A DNA stretch of 62,297 bases, the filler included. It is 11 parts of 11 records of this genome, joined end to end, with 100 filler letters (N's around TTAATTAATTAA, not from the genome) between each part and the next. Parts side by side here need not be neighbours in the genome. Positions count along the whole stretch, not along the records: positions 43,804 to 52,032 come from SRR7504441_4738; positions 52,133 to 58,687 come from SRR7504441_4739; positions 58,788 to 62,297 come from SRR7504441_4740; 8 more parts are not named here. One strand, written 5' to 3'. The notes beneath the pieces are model-generated. The model worked only from the letters and a program-made list of their open reading frames with translations, was not told the origin of the DNA and ran no database searches. A program made the position numbers and the translations under genes. Every line of letters begins with the position of its first letter. Position 1 is the stretch's first letter. Positions 47,184 through 59,089 of this stretch are shown here, piece by piece.

Positions 47184-48447
47184 ATGACGCCGCTGGAGAG
47201 GCGGCGGCGCAGGCTCGAGGAGGAGCAGCAAAAGCAGTGCGAGCACGCGGCTGCGGACTGCCGACCGCTCCGGGTGGTGTGCTTCATCGCCAGCCACTGC
47301 AGCTCGCTCGCCCGGGCCCGCCGGTTCGCCGAGACAGTCCGTTCGATAGCGCTGCAGGCGGATCCGCCCGAGGTGCACCTCTCCTGGTCCGCCGACCAGC
47401 CCGCAGCCCCGGCCGTCCGGCACCTGACCGAGTCGGCCTGTGGGGCGGGGATCGACCTGCGCTGCCAGGCTCAGCCCGGGCGGCTGGGCCAGTTTGAGCA
47501 TTTGAGTCGGCTGGTGCTGGCGGCGGCGGAGGATCCTCCAGACTGGATCTACTTCTCGGACGACGACGACATCTGGTCAGAGCGGCGGCACGGCATAATG
47601 CGGGATGGGTGCCGGGCTGCGGCCGCCGACACGCGTGTGCTCCTCTGCCGGCGCAAGTGTAGGCCGACTCGGGTGTTAGAACGGCAGCCGACCGACGCCG
47701 AGGGCGTGCGCCGGCTGATCGGCAAGCGATTAGTGCAGCTAACGGACAGTCAGATCGGCTGGCGCCCGGAGAGCTCGCGGCACATGTCTGAGTATTTCGA
47801 CTTTGCAGTCCGATTCCCGGGTGAGCCAGGCGGTTGGTACGGCTCAATGATTGTGTGGCAGTGCTGAGCGAATTTCTTGCCCAAGTTCCCCAATCGGTGC
47901 TGAGCCACAAGTTTGCCGACCTGGCCTTCCAGTCGTGGCTCGGCCAGCACAATCCGGAGCTCTTCATGCCGCGTGACTCGTCGGACTTTGTTTATTACTA
48001 TAATCGACCTCCTGTGATTCTGTCCTCCACCAGCCCCGAAGCCGGCGCCGCGGCCACTGTGGTGTTGACTGACGCTGACCGTGCGCTGGCCCGCAGAGAG
48101 CTGCCGGCCGCCACCGCTGCGTTCAAGTGAGTGTATCGGCCTTGCCGGCGGCTGACTGTGGGGCCAGCGGTCGATACGCCTGCAGCCTGGAGCAGCTCTC
48201 GGTGCTGATCGGTACGCTGCGGCAGCTGATGGAAGAGGAAGCGATCCAGCTCCGGCTCCGGCCGGGCCCGCCTAGTGAGCAGCAGATCAGGGCACTGGGT
48301 GAAAGGAAGGTGAGTTCGATGCTGAGCAGCCACCCACTGGCCGGCGAGCAAGGGGCGCTGGATCAGTTCAGGGCCTGGGCGAATCGAGTGGCGAGCGGCC
48401 CGGTCTGGAGGTATATACAGGAGGTGTTTGAGTTCGACTGGGTGTAG
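47184..48447 (+). CDS. Putative GT-A fold glycosyltransferase-like protein, 2 introns
   Basis: CFIASH, SIALQ, QFEH, WIYFSDDDDIW (DxD-like). Confidence 0.6.
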
Positions 48448-48528
48448 AACTGATCAATTATTTAATTAAAACAAACACATGTACGAAAACTAAGAATGTA
48501 ATCTATACTATCAGTACGTAAATTTGGG

Positions 48529-49125
48529 CTATAACTTAGCGCGCTGACGCTGCTCGCGCCACTTAAGTCGCCGCTTCATGTCCACGAGCTCAGCCTGCGC
48601 TGTAGCAAGCGGCGGCCCTCTGCCGTCGCTCAGCTCGGCGCGCACTGTCATCTGACCGCGCTCCCACTCCACCCCCGCCACTCGCACCCGGACGCAGAAC
48701 GTCCCGGGCACCGGCGCCACCGGCTTTAGATACTCCACGCTCAGCCGACGAGTCAACCCGAACGCGCCGCCGGGCTCGGTCGGGAGGATCAGCGATCCGT
48801 GGCAGGCCATTGCCAGATCGAAGATGGCCGCCACAGCACCGCCCTGCACCACCTGCGAGGCGTTGGCCCCGTAGCGTCCAACAAACACCGCCCAGACCGC
48901 CGCCGGTGCCGTGTCCGGGCTGAGCTCGGCCGGCGGCGGCAGCGGGCCTGCCAGTGCCGTACGGAAGACGAAAGGGGCGCGGGAGCCAGCGACGTAGTGG
49001 GTGTCCATGGCGGCCGGTCTTTTTTCGAATAGCCGTCCCACGCCCCCGGTCGTCTCGCCCAGCCCCTCCATCCAGACCGCCCCAGCCACCGCCTCCTCCC
49101 CGACTCTCCGCTCGGCATTGTCCAT
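48529..49125 (-). CDS. Hotdog-fold acyl-CoA thioesterase-like protein with PTS1 -AKL
   Basis: VVQGGAVAAIFD, TRRLSVEYLKPV; ends QRAKL. Confidence 0.8.
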   Translation of the reverse strand: MDNAERRVGEEAVAGAVWMEGLGETTGGVGRLFEKRPAAMDTHYVAGSRAPFVFRTALAGPLPPPAELSPDTAPAAVWAVFVGRYGANASQVVQGGAVAAIFDLAMACHGSLILPTEPGGAFGLTRRLSVEYLKPVAPVPGTFCVRVRVAGVEWERGQMTVRAELSDGRGPPLATAQAELVDMKRRLKWREQRQRAKL

Positions 49126-49242
49126 AATTTGCGAGATGTTGCGGTTTACAGTTGCTCCAATTTAATAATAAGGTTTGTGGTAATAGGGGATGGTCTTCGG
49201 CACGGGACTGAATCGTTGACTCGAATGGAAGATTGACCGGGC

Positions 49243-50240
49243 ATGGGGAACTCTATGGCGCCCCAAAGGGCATCGGACAAGCTCCCGGGGGATCAGCGGC
49301 CGTCACCCTGCCTTCCCTCCGGGTCGGACCGCTCGGAGCTCTCCTCGCCCGGGTCCGGCAGCGGGGCCGGCGGCATCGACCACCCGGCCCACGGGTTGGT
49401 GCTCGGGGCGGCCCTGCTCCACAGAGTGCTGGATGCCTGCCCGTACAACGCGGTGCTCACCGGGGTGCGGCCTACCCGGGTGCCAGAAGCTCAGCCCGGC
49501 GGCAGGTATGCGAGAGGGCACCGCAAGGGTTCAAGCAACTCCTCGAGCCGTGGATGGTGCTGACCGCCGTGGACGGACTCTCGCAAGCCGGGCGGGCGTT
49601 TGAGCGGGTGGCCGAGCAGCTGCAGGCCCGGACCCGACCGGTCGAGCTGGAACTGCTTGGTCCGGACGGTCGGACGATCACGCTGAGCTCGATCGATTGG
49701 AGCCTGCAGATCCGGCTGGCAAGCAAGCCGGCGGTGCGGGACGACCTCAGAAGATACCTGGCGGCGGTGCTCGGGGCGGAGGCGGTGCCGGAGGTGGCTG
49801 AGTACGCGGACGGGATGAGCTTCCCTTGCCCGGAGGCCGTGATGCATCTGGATCCGGACGAGATGACGCTGCTTGTTGAGCCGGTCGGGAAGCCGATGAG
49901 GAAGCCGCGGTTCTTGTTCGAAGTTAGCAAGTGCGTGGAGCAGGACTCGCCGTACGGGAACACCCCGACTGACGGCAGCAAAGAGACGAAACAAGATTTG
50001 CTCAACTTTTTCTCGGAGCACAAATGTAATAATAATAAGGGCAAGAGGTTTGTTGGCTCTTGCGGCCTGCCGGCGGCTGGACTAGTCCGCTGTCCCAGCT
50101 TCGCCAGCTTAGCTGTCTAGATTGGCTCTGTGTGACAGAGGTTAATGATTGTGCACCCATTGGCTATAACGGCTTGATGATTCATGATTCGGGAACTATC
50201 CGCAAACACGACTCACGACTAATATTAAATTGTATTAAAT
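49243..50240 (+). CDS. Hypothetical protein with PDZ-like segment and an alpha-kinase-like FFxxHxCN motif; boundaries approximate
   Basis: VLTAVDG..FERVAEQLQARTRPVELEL; NFFSEHKCN. Confidence 0.5.
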
Positions 50241-50406
50241 AGTACTTCTACAGACTGATAGGGTCGTGATATCTAGACGGACCTGGCTAGCGACCTGTCG
50301 CTAGTGAGCGCTTATAAACAAGGCGCGATGTATATACATTGAATGATGCCAGAAAAATCTTCAGGTCTCGCGCCACAAGCGAGGCCACTTCCAAATTCGA
50401 GCTGCA

Positions 50407-50942
50407 ATGGCTGAATTATCACCGGAGGACAAGGAGACGGTGAAGGCCATCAAAATCAAGAACGGGATCCTCTCGCGGTGCCGCCCCAGCCCTGGACCGG
50501 CCGCAGCTTCGGCCGCAGGATGCTTAAGGAGTACATCTTCTACGTAAACGATGCCAAGAAGCTGCAGGCAGCCCGGCGGGGCAACCGGCTGTGACCGGCG
50601 CACAGGAGGTGGTGGACAAGCTCAAGCAGGAGGGCGCCTGCGAGCACGACATTAAAAAGCAGGCGCTGGGCCGGGCCTGCCTGGTAGTCTAATGGTGCGC
50701 AGGAGGAGGTGCTGGGCGAAGGGGAGATGATGATCACTCCCACCCTGACCAAACTCCAAACCCAGTACGAGGAGCTCTGGAGCCAGTGTGTAAGCCGGCC
50801 CGGGCGAGCTGGGCCCGACTGGCGGCGGCAGGCGGAGGCGGGCGAGAACGCGGATGTTAGTGCGGCTGAGGAGTTTGTGGCAGCCAAGGCCAAGCTGGCG
50901 GAGGTGGGGGCGATGGACGAGGTCGAGTCCATGGACGACTGA
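50407..50942 (+). CDS. TBCA: Tubulin-specific chaperone A, 4 introns (50478-50518 GT, 50568-50605 GC, 50663-50702 GC, 50790-50831 GT)
   Basis: Spliced: KAIKIKNGILSRMLKEYIFYVNDAKKLQEVVDKLKQEGACEHDIKKQEEVLGEGEMMITPTLTKL. Confidence 0.9.
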
Positions 50943-51301
50943 ACGCAGACCGCAGCAGCCCCGGGCGGCTGCAGTTGGCGCCAGGCTGTTGGCAGCACCT
51001 CCTCACAGCGGCGTGACCGAGGCGTGTAGATGCTCGCCTATACGTACGAGTAGCCTATACGTAATCGTATCACTCCGTTCCATTTAATTCCGCAAATACA
51101 ACAACTCATTAGCACATTTTAGGACAATCGGCCGCGTGGCAGTTAACCGGCCTGGTTTCACCGTGTGCGATTCAATCACGTGCACTCAGGCGTTGTCCGC
51201 ACTTGTACGAGTACGGCTCGTCATTGTCAATGGAACTGAATGTGAGTGTTTTCATTTTAAATAATACCCATATCGGCAAGGCTCACAGCGAGGCGCTCGT
51301 G

Positions 51302-52032
51302 TTACTTAGCAACCAGGCCCTTAAACATCTGGATAGTCTGGCTTCGCTCGCTCCCGACCATCTTCGCCGACCGATTAAAAGTCGACATGACGCCCTGCGC
51401 TTTCTTGTCCACATACCCATACATAGTCTCCCTGCCCCCGGTGCCATCCAGCCCCTGCCCCGTCTTGAAGAAGTTGTCCGACTCGCCGTAAGTCGAAAAC
51501 CACTCCGATAGGCTATTCACCCTCGGTACCGCGCTGTCCCTCTTGCCCATCAGCGTAGTGTGCATCGAATCCTTCAACGCCTGCTCGTGGTCTTGCAGCG
51601 GCCGGCTCGCCCGCGCCAACTTGGCCTTATCGCTGGTCCAGCCGCACAGCGGGGCCAGCTTCCGGGCCTTGTACTTGGGCTGCGATCTGTCACCCCATAT
51701 CTTCTGGAAAGGGTCGACGTGCGACTCGGCGTTTGCCCTTGCGCGGTCCCGTTCTATTTTCTGCTCTTTGAGCAGCTCGCGTTCGTCTAGCAGTGATTTC
51801 GGGTCGTGCATGCTCAGACCAGATATCTTGTAAGCCTCGAACAGATCCTGCCCCGCCCGTGAGCCCTCACCCCACCACGCTGTCACCTTCCCCAGGAACT
51901 GCTGGAGCTCCTGCTGGGTCTTCTCGGTCACTTTGAGCTTGCGCGCCCGCTCCGGCAGCAAGTAAGCCACTGCCTCGGTCTGTCGGACCGACCAGTCTGG
52001 CCGCTTGGCCAGTCCAGCCTTCATCGGGAGCA
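51302..52032 (-). CDS. Hypothetical protein, 5' partial
   Basis: 240-aa ORF with coding-like codon usage running from the contig edge. Confidence 0.7.
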
Positions 52033-52132
52033 NNNNNNNNNNNNNNNNNNNNNNNNNNNNNNNNNNNNNNNNNNNNTTAATTAATTAANNNNNNNNNNNN
52101 NNNNNNNNNNNNNNNNNNNNNNNNNNNNNNNN

Positions 52133-55100
52133 TCTTGTTGTATAGAGCTGAGCGGATAAAGGGCGAATCCCGAAAGGTCTCTTTCTGATGCACCGTGCGC
52201 AGTTGACAGTGTTCTCTCTGGACACGAGAAGTTGGTAGGCTTGACAGCCCCGTTCCACTGTGAGCCATCGCCACGCCCGATGTCCACTTGAGCAGAGTGC
52301 GTATGAGACCCGTTTGGCCACTCAGTCGACCAATGCAAAGCACCAAATCCATACTCCGGCCGTGGCTGGCCTTCATTCTTGTCGTCGCACTTGGGTTCCA
52401 CCCCACGATTGCAGAACAAAGCAAGGGCTTTCAGAAGCTGGAAAAAGAACTCGCCAAGGTGCGGAGTATCGTATCTTAGAACCGGCTTCGCTGTCTTTGG
52501 AACTCGTCGAATCTCTGTTCGTGCAGGTTTCAGCCTCACCCAGATCTGGTGGAGGGTGCTGTTGGCACAGTTGTTGCAGTAATCATCCACCTCCCACCGA
52601 CTGCCATGACCTCGTATGCTCCAGTGGGCGCTGCCCCACACGTAGAATGGGAAATTAGTCATCCCAGCTCCGTTTGATCCATCACAATGAGTACATGATC
52701 CGGGTAGGTTAGCTGAGTGACCCTCCAGAGTTGTAAATCCAGTCGTCCAAGACGAAGGCTTGATATCGCCTGTACCATCAAATATGAGCTGAAGAACTTG
52801 CTGTGCAGATGTCTTGAAGTGAATCTTTCGAGAATGTGCCGAAGTCTGTCCGTAGAAACGGGCTTCAGAGATATCTTCCAGTCGACAGCCAGGCAGATCA
52901 GCCGCGTTATTGTGTGCGTAACCCTCAGTTGCTGAAAGTGGGAACTCGTGCTCGTTCCTTAGATCCTCGTTCTCGCCTCCTTTGTGCCTGTATGCACACA
53001 GAAGAATCCAGCCTCCACCATCCGTTTCGTGGTCCATGACAACCTTGGTGTCACGACGGTGTCCATTGACGCGTACGTATGCCTGATGGCCGGCAGATAT
53101 AGCACGGGCTTCGACCTCTTGTTTGGGCTTGGGTAAGCAGCCATTGACAAATGGCAGCTGGGAACGCCACCACTCCCCCATCAATGCATGGGACGCATAG
53201 AATCCAGTCGAGCCATCTTGCAATTTCTCGGCCTTGTAGTAATTCAAGGCATTGGCTATTTGATCTGAATCGGCTAGTGGTGCGATCCAATCATCGAGAT
53301 CAGGCAGGCCAGGAATGGTGCCAGGCTTGTGTGAAGCCAGCACTGCTAGCATTGCCTCAAGAAGCTGATCGTGCTTGCCACGTGGCTGCACTTTGCTACC
53401 CAATGTTGACCTCCATGAGCAATAGAGCTGAGCCAATCTGTGGCTATCGTCTGCTCCACGGCCTGCAAAATCCAGGGATATCCTGCCTGTGAGCACTTCG
53501 TACATCCAGAGAAACCCCGCCTGGACCCAGACATTCTCAGCATAGCGCAGGCTCAGCTTAGGGCTAAGCGCACCTTCTTGCTAATGCCATTGTATGCATC
53601 GCTGACAAACTTTTGGAGCACACCATTTTTTCCATAGAGTGCATCGCCTGTAATCGGCTGCCCGTTGTTGCGCAAGCTGAGGTCGTAATAGCACTTATTG
53701 TGCCCAAAGATGTCACAGCGGCAGCCACGGTGGTCACGAGGAAGGTCCTCGCTGCCGGAGAAATACAGGTCGTTTTGGGAGAGAAGCTGCCGGTACTCAT
53801 CTAGCACACACTTGGGCGCCCCTGACTGACAGAAGTGCTGCCAACCCTCCATTCCATTGGTTCCGACGCCGCTTTGTTCCACATCCAAGTACTCTGGACC
53901 GGTGCGAACTCTCCTTGACTCGGGTCCCATCACCTACCGCGACAATCCACTTAAGCTAGGCAGGGCACACGGGTAATGGCACCTTACGGAAATGCTCGAA
54001 TGATGTTACCTCCGCGCCATTCTCATTAAGGTCGCTCGCTGCCTGCTCCAATAGCTCGTATTCATCTTGCGACATTTGGGCTTCTACCATTCCAAAGGGC
54101 TCTTTGATGCACTCACTTGCATTCATTGGTGCCCCCCCGGGACAATTTCCGCGTTCCCCTGCCATTGATGGCTCTCTCAAGAGTTTCACGAGCCACGCAA
54201 CTTCGCGCGTGGTGGGGCTGTTGCGTAACCCAACTGCAATCTGCCGCTGTATATCCCTTCGCATCACAAAGTTCATCGAAGGGTCGTTGTCATCAATCAG
54301 TTGGAGGAGCAATTTTTCCATGTCTCCCAAAGGTAGATCAGTGGATGACGCCTTGGCTGCAAGCATGCCCTCTTGCCATCGGCGATGGATCATGAAACAG
54401 TGAGTCAGATACCTGCAAAGTCACAGTTGTTATACACACATCGGCGGTTGTCGACACTCATCGACCCCCGTTGACGGCTTGTCGACAGTTTCGACAGGCG
54501 ACGACAGTTTGTCGCCAATGACTGTCGACAGGCTCGACAACTGTCGACAGGCGACGGGAACGACGCGCAGGCTTGTGCCTATGATCCTCTAATCTATGCA
54601 TCCGAAACGACACTAGTCGACAAGACAGGTGTGAGGGTCTAGACATCCAAAGGCTGATCAATAGGCGACTTACAGAGCTGCCCCAATGGATGAAGGCTCG
54701 AGCCAGCATCTGGAGGTGTGTATCTTGTACATGTAACTTCGCGGCCCCTTGGCACTCAGCCAGGCTCCATCTGAGCGACACGCCTTCCAAAATTGGCCCC
54801 AAGGAGCCTGGCTGAGCGTGACGGTCCGCAGAGGACACGAGTTGACCAGCACTGCCGTGTGCCCGGTATGGTCTCCGAGCAGCACGTAGTATGGGATTGA
54901 GGCACACAGTTTTTCTATTCTCGAGCATGGTTTCTCCGTCTCTGCTGAGCCATCTGAGTCAGTCAACAGGAAGTATCCATCGTGCTCTTCGCAGTACCAC
55001 CGTAGCCGATTGTCGTACTTAGCTCCAACTCGGAAAGTCATACCAAGCCGAGGCAACTCAGCAACGCATGGCACGTTGTCGGAGTTGAGCCAAATGAGGA

Positions 55101-58100
55101 CGTAGGACAGATCTTCGAGTCGGGAGATGAGATTGGCAAAGCCTTGCAAATCGTTTGGTGTCTTGAGTGGATCAAAAAGCATCATCCTTTGGGCTGACAG
55201 CGCCTCGATGCGCTCGACCAAGGGTCCCGATTCGGTTATGGTGATGTGCAGGCTGTAGCTGTACCTTTCAACATCAGATCCTGGCCTTCTCTCGCCATAA
55301 ATTGTGCTGAACTGCGAGTGCTGCGCCGAAAAGTCTGTCGCATGATAAGCAGAAGAAGACTCTGCTGGGCTTTTCCAGAAGGTGAAGTTGTCGACAAGGC
55401 AATCTGGGATCAGTCCACGCATCCGACTCTCTGGCAAGCACAGCTGGTGTGGCTGCTCACTATTCATTCGGTTCCGCGAGACAAGCACACTCAGCTTCCC
55501 TAGCATCTTTTCCGGTGGGAACACATTTCCGACCGCATTCTCAACAATCTGAATGGGAGGAGAGTCTTTGCGGGACACATCGCGAGGTATTGAGCTACCA
55601 GCATGACTTATGGTTGCATTGGATGTGTAGCTGATGTGCTTGTAAACCTCTCTTCCCATCTCGCACAGCCAATATACTGTAGCTAGCTGCCATTCCTTAT
55701 TGCAGACCACAACGCCCCAGCACGTAGTGTGGCCCGTAGGATCACCCTCCTTGTTTCCAGGAGCAGCAGCTCGGCGGATGAGTACCTCAACTTCAGACAG
55801 CTCTGAGCAGTCGTCGCGAGGCAGCAGAACATCGCAACCATCGTAACGGGTCACCCCTTTCATTTCTGGTCGGAGTACACCAATAAGCAGTGCTGCAAGC
55901 CAATTGAGCTCGGGATTGTTACACATATCCATCAAGGCTTCCGCAGGCGGCTTGGTCTCCCATGTTTCCAGCACGTCCACGGCACCCAGGAGCACCTCAA
56001 CACGATGCCTTTGCTGCCAAGCCCACCCGCAATGACCTTGTCCCAGGTGCAGTCCACCACCATTATTGCATGCATGGTAGAACATCGCATTTGGATCCAC
56101 CACATTGTAATCTGCTACGCTAGTATTCCACAGATGTTCTAATACCTTGTCTGGACCTTCCCATGCCTCTGCAATTTTCTCTCTTGTCGCGTCTCCCCCT
56201 GTTGCTGGCTTTGAGAACGCTTTGCCTGCACGCAGACACTGGATTGGCCACGAGTGTGGCTTGCACTTAGCTCCATAGTCGTGGTCGTCAATAGTTCTGA
56301 TCCAAATCTGCGAGGAACACGCGGCAAGCGCGGCAATTTTGTCTTGATCAACTTTGAAAGCCCCTTCGGCCCAGATTGCTGTCCAGATTGTCGCCTTTTC
56401 TGTTGGTTGCGACGAGTCAATGCCATCGTCAGAGTCTGTGTCGATAAGCTCATTGAGGCGCTCCATCCTTGTAATCTCATCGAGGCCGCCGCGATTTCCG
56501 CATGTTCGACTTTGTTCTAAACCTCTATAGAGTTCAATGTCCAGCTGCCGTTGGATGCGATCTCCTTGCTTGGCCGACATTGAGCTAGGCAGGCCTGCCG
56601 TCACAACTCCTCCAGGTATGCTTGATGTGCACAAGGCGTGTTGGCCGTTTTCTTGGAGAGTAGAGTCCAGGACAGAGCTGCGCAGTGAGCTGAGAGAGAA
56701 TGCAGCACCTGGGCCTCCGTATCTCTTTCCTCGAAACAACACAGGATCGTCTGCTGTCAGCATTGATGCTGGAAGGCCTCTGATACAAAACAGCGCCTCA
56801 GCAGAGAGGCCTGCCCTGATTGTCAAATCTTCAGGGTCCGGTTCAAGGCCATCGACAGTAAGATATACGCTGACACACGGTGGGCTGGGCACTGCATCTC
56901 TGTTAGTGTGTTGAGGACCGTGCTTGGGCATTTCCCATTGCCCATACACCGGATTCTCCGCCTCGCAGGTGTAATAGTAATCGCAGGTCCTGCCGATCCG
57001 CCATTCGCCACTGTTACGCCATAATTCCAGATTATTGTGAGTACATTTGTACATAGGATATCCGCCGTAATCACTCGGAAGTCTTTCGTACTTGCCATCG
57101 ACGTAGTCACAGCCGCTACCCGCCACCAAGAGCACGTTACAAAGCTCAATCGTGAGCCGTGAATCCTCCTTGGACCTTGTCACAAAGTGTCCAGGATAAT
57201 TCACTGACTCAAAGGCAACTGCACTGCTGGCACTTTGGTAACCAATGTACACACATTTCCCACCGCCGTTTTTCAGAATGTCGCGTGGCAAAACATTGAA
57301 TCCTCCTATCTTCGTGCCTGATTTGGGCTTGTCGAACTTCAAGAAGGAGACTGATTCGATGGGAGGACCAACAGATGGCTCATGGGTGACCCATAGATAG
57401 TTGTAAGAACCACCTGCACCCTCGTTCAGATCCTGAGCAACCTTAGTGTAGCCTGGTGGCCCCTGCTGATTCCTCTCATCGCCTGTGGTGAGCGCAAAGC
57501 CACGGATTGCTTCATATGGATCAAAAGTCCACTTATACCTCGGAAACATGTAAGCGCCCCCAGAACCAGCCCTCACATCTTCTTCTCCGGTGTCCTCCTT
57601 TGTGAATTCTACATTCTTTAGGAAACGCCGAGGACCGATGCTAGAGCGATCCCGAATGTGGAATGAAGCATCAGCCTTGTACAAGTCGCTGTCCTCGTTT
57701 TTGTGCAGCCATAACTTATATCCTGCATGCCTCAGGTAATGATCAGGCCGATCAACCGACTGCAGGGACACAGACTCTGTGTGATTGCTGAGTCCAGGGA
57801 CAATGTTGAGCAGGAGTTTTCCCCCAGTCGACAGCACGAATGCCTTGGGGCCATCCAGCCCAAGGGCACCATCCATGGCACTTGAAACGAGAATCACACG
57901 CTGTGTTTTGTTACCTTGCATACCCTCGTTTTGCGGCATGTCATTCAGCATAAAGACGTCGCTGACATCAGGTGGGCGCCAATACACAAGGTCGATATCA
58001 GAATCTGGTACACGATACGTTTCACATTCAGAAGTTGTGTGTTCGTCAACCATGATACAAAGGGGCTGGTCGAAACCAAAGACAAGCTGAGCAGATTCAC

Positions 58101-58687
58101 TGGTGCTTATCTTTTCAGGCATTAGCCCCAGTACTGCGTGTCCAAAGGTGACTTTAATCAAATTGAGATCAACACAGCAATCTCCAGCAACAAGAATACC
58201 AGCACCAGGATTGTTCTCTTCTTCCACAACAATGGGCTGCAACATATTTGATACCTTGATTGGCGAGTCTGTGATGGCAAATTCGCCAGAGCTACCAGGT
58301 GTCGTGGCTTCCACGAAGTCAACTGAGGTTATGTGGTGCCCTGGCCTGGCAAACAAGCGAACTTGGTTGCGACATGGCAACTGCCCTGACGAGCCATGGA
58401 GCTCGTATCGTTTACCGTTGAGCGTGGTGAAGCAAAGGTCGCCACCAAGATAGCTTGCTTGGGCGTCCCAGTCAATCTGGATCAAGTAGTCATCCTCTTC
58501 AATAACAAATGCAGGGACTTCGTGACCACCGTCTCCTCCCAGAGTCACCTTCACACCTGAGGCTTCCTTGTACCACATCTGATCCACCATTCCACCAGTC
58601 TTGCCTCCGATCTCGACAATCCGCTTCTGTTGCTTCTCGACATGGAAAGACCCAGATCCGGTTGTGGGTATAGCACTGACATCCTCG
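52133..58687 (-). CDS. Internal part of a giant protein of the DUF3638/DUF3645-associated type with jacalin-like, AbfB/CBM42-like, MABP-like and fibrinogen-like inserts; 3 introns
   Basis: Scaffold motifs RGLIPDCLVDNFTFW, SRLEDLSYVLIW..ELPRLGMTF, KIHTS..AALYL, GFLWMYEVLTG; ORFs 54670, 53956, 53553 and 52081 join via GT-AG introns. Confidence 0.7.
54413..54673 (-). repeat. 261-nt intron filled with degenerate (GT)CGAC repeats
   Basis: GTAAGT...TTTGCAG on the minus strand restores AAL|YLTH; many TGTCGACA/TCGAC/CGAC units. Confidence 0.85.
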
Positions 58688-58787
58688 NNNNNNNNNNNNN
58701 NNNNNNNNNNNNNNNNNNNNNNNNNNNNNNNTTAATTAATTAANNNNNNNNNNNNNNNNNNNNNNNNNNNNNNNNNNNNNNNNNNNN

Positions 58788-59045
58788 CTACAGGGCACGA
58801 GTCGGCCCGAGTACCAGTGGGGCAGCTCAACACAGGGGGGTGCATCCTGCTGCAGCTGTGGGGAGCCGCAGGGGCTACAAGGCGGTGCAGGACCCGCACA
58901 GGCCGACACATACGGGGGGCGGGCGACCTCCTTTCTTGGCCGCCTTGGCCGCCTTGCGGGCCTGCAGCTTCTGGTTCTTCTGCTTCTTCTGGATCGCGCT
59001 CTTTGAGTTGAGGCTCTTCACCAGCGCCGTCTTGCCTTGCGGCAT
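58788..59045 (-). CDS. Small basic protein, possibly UPF0390/C19orf53 family; first exon and intron, 3' partial
   Basis: MPQGKTALVKSLNSKSAIQKKQKNQKLQARKAAKAAKKG then a GT donor. Confidence 0.55.
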
Positions 59046-59089
59046 GATCCACCGTCCGCCTGGCAGGCGCCCGCAGCCGTTGCTTCAAT

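Noticed and set aside
54440-54630. CRISPR-like array in the GTCGAC-rich region
   Set aside because: No constant repeat with unique spacers, lies within a spliceosomal intron, no cas genes
3519-58787. Regularly recurring TTAATTAATTAA as a biological repeat
   Set aside because: Always centred in exactly 100-nt N spacers; it is an all-frame stop linker between contigs, so adjacency across spacers means nothing
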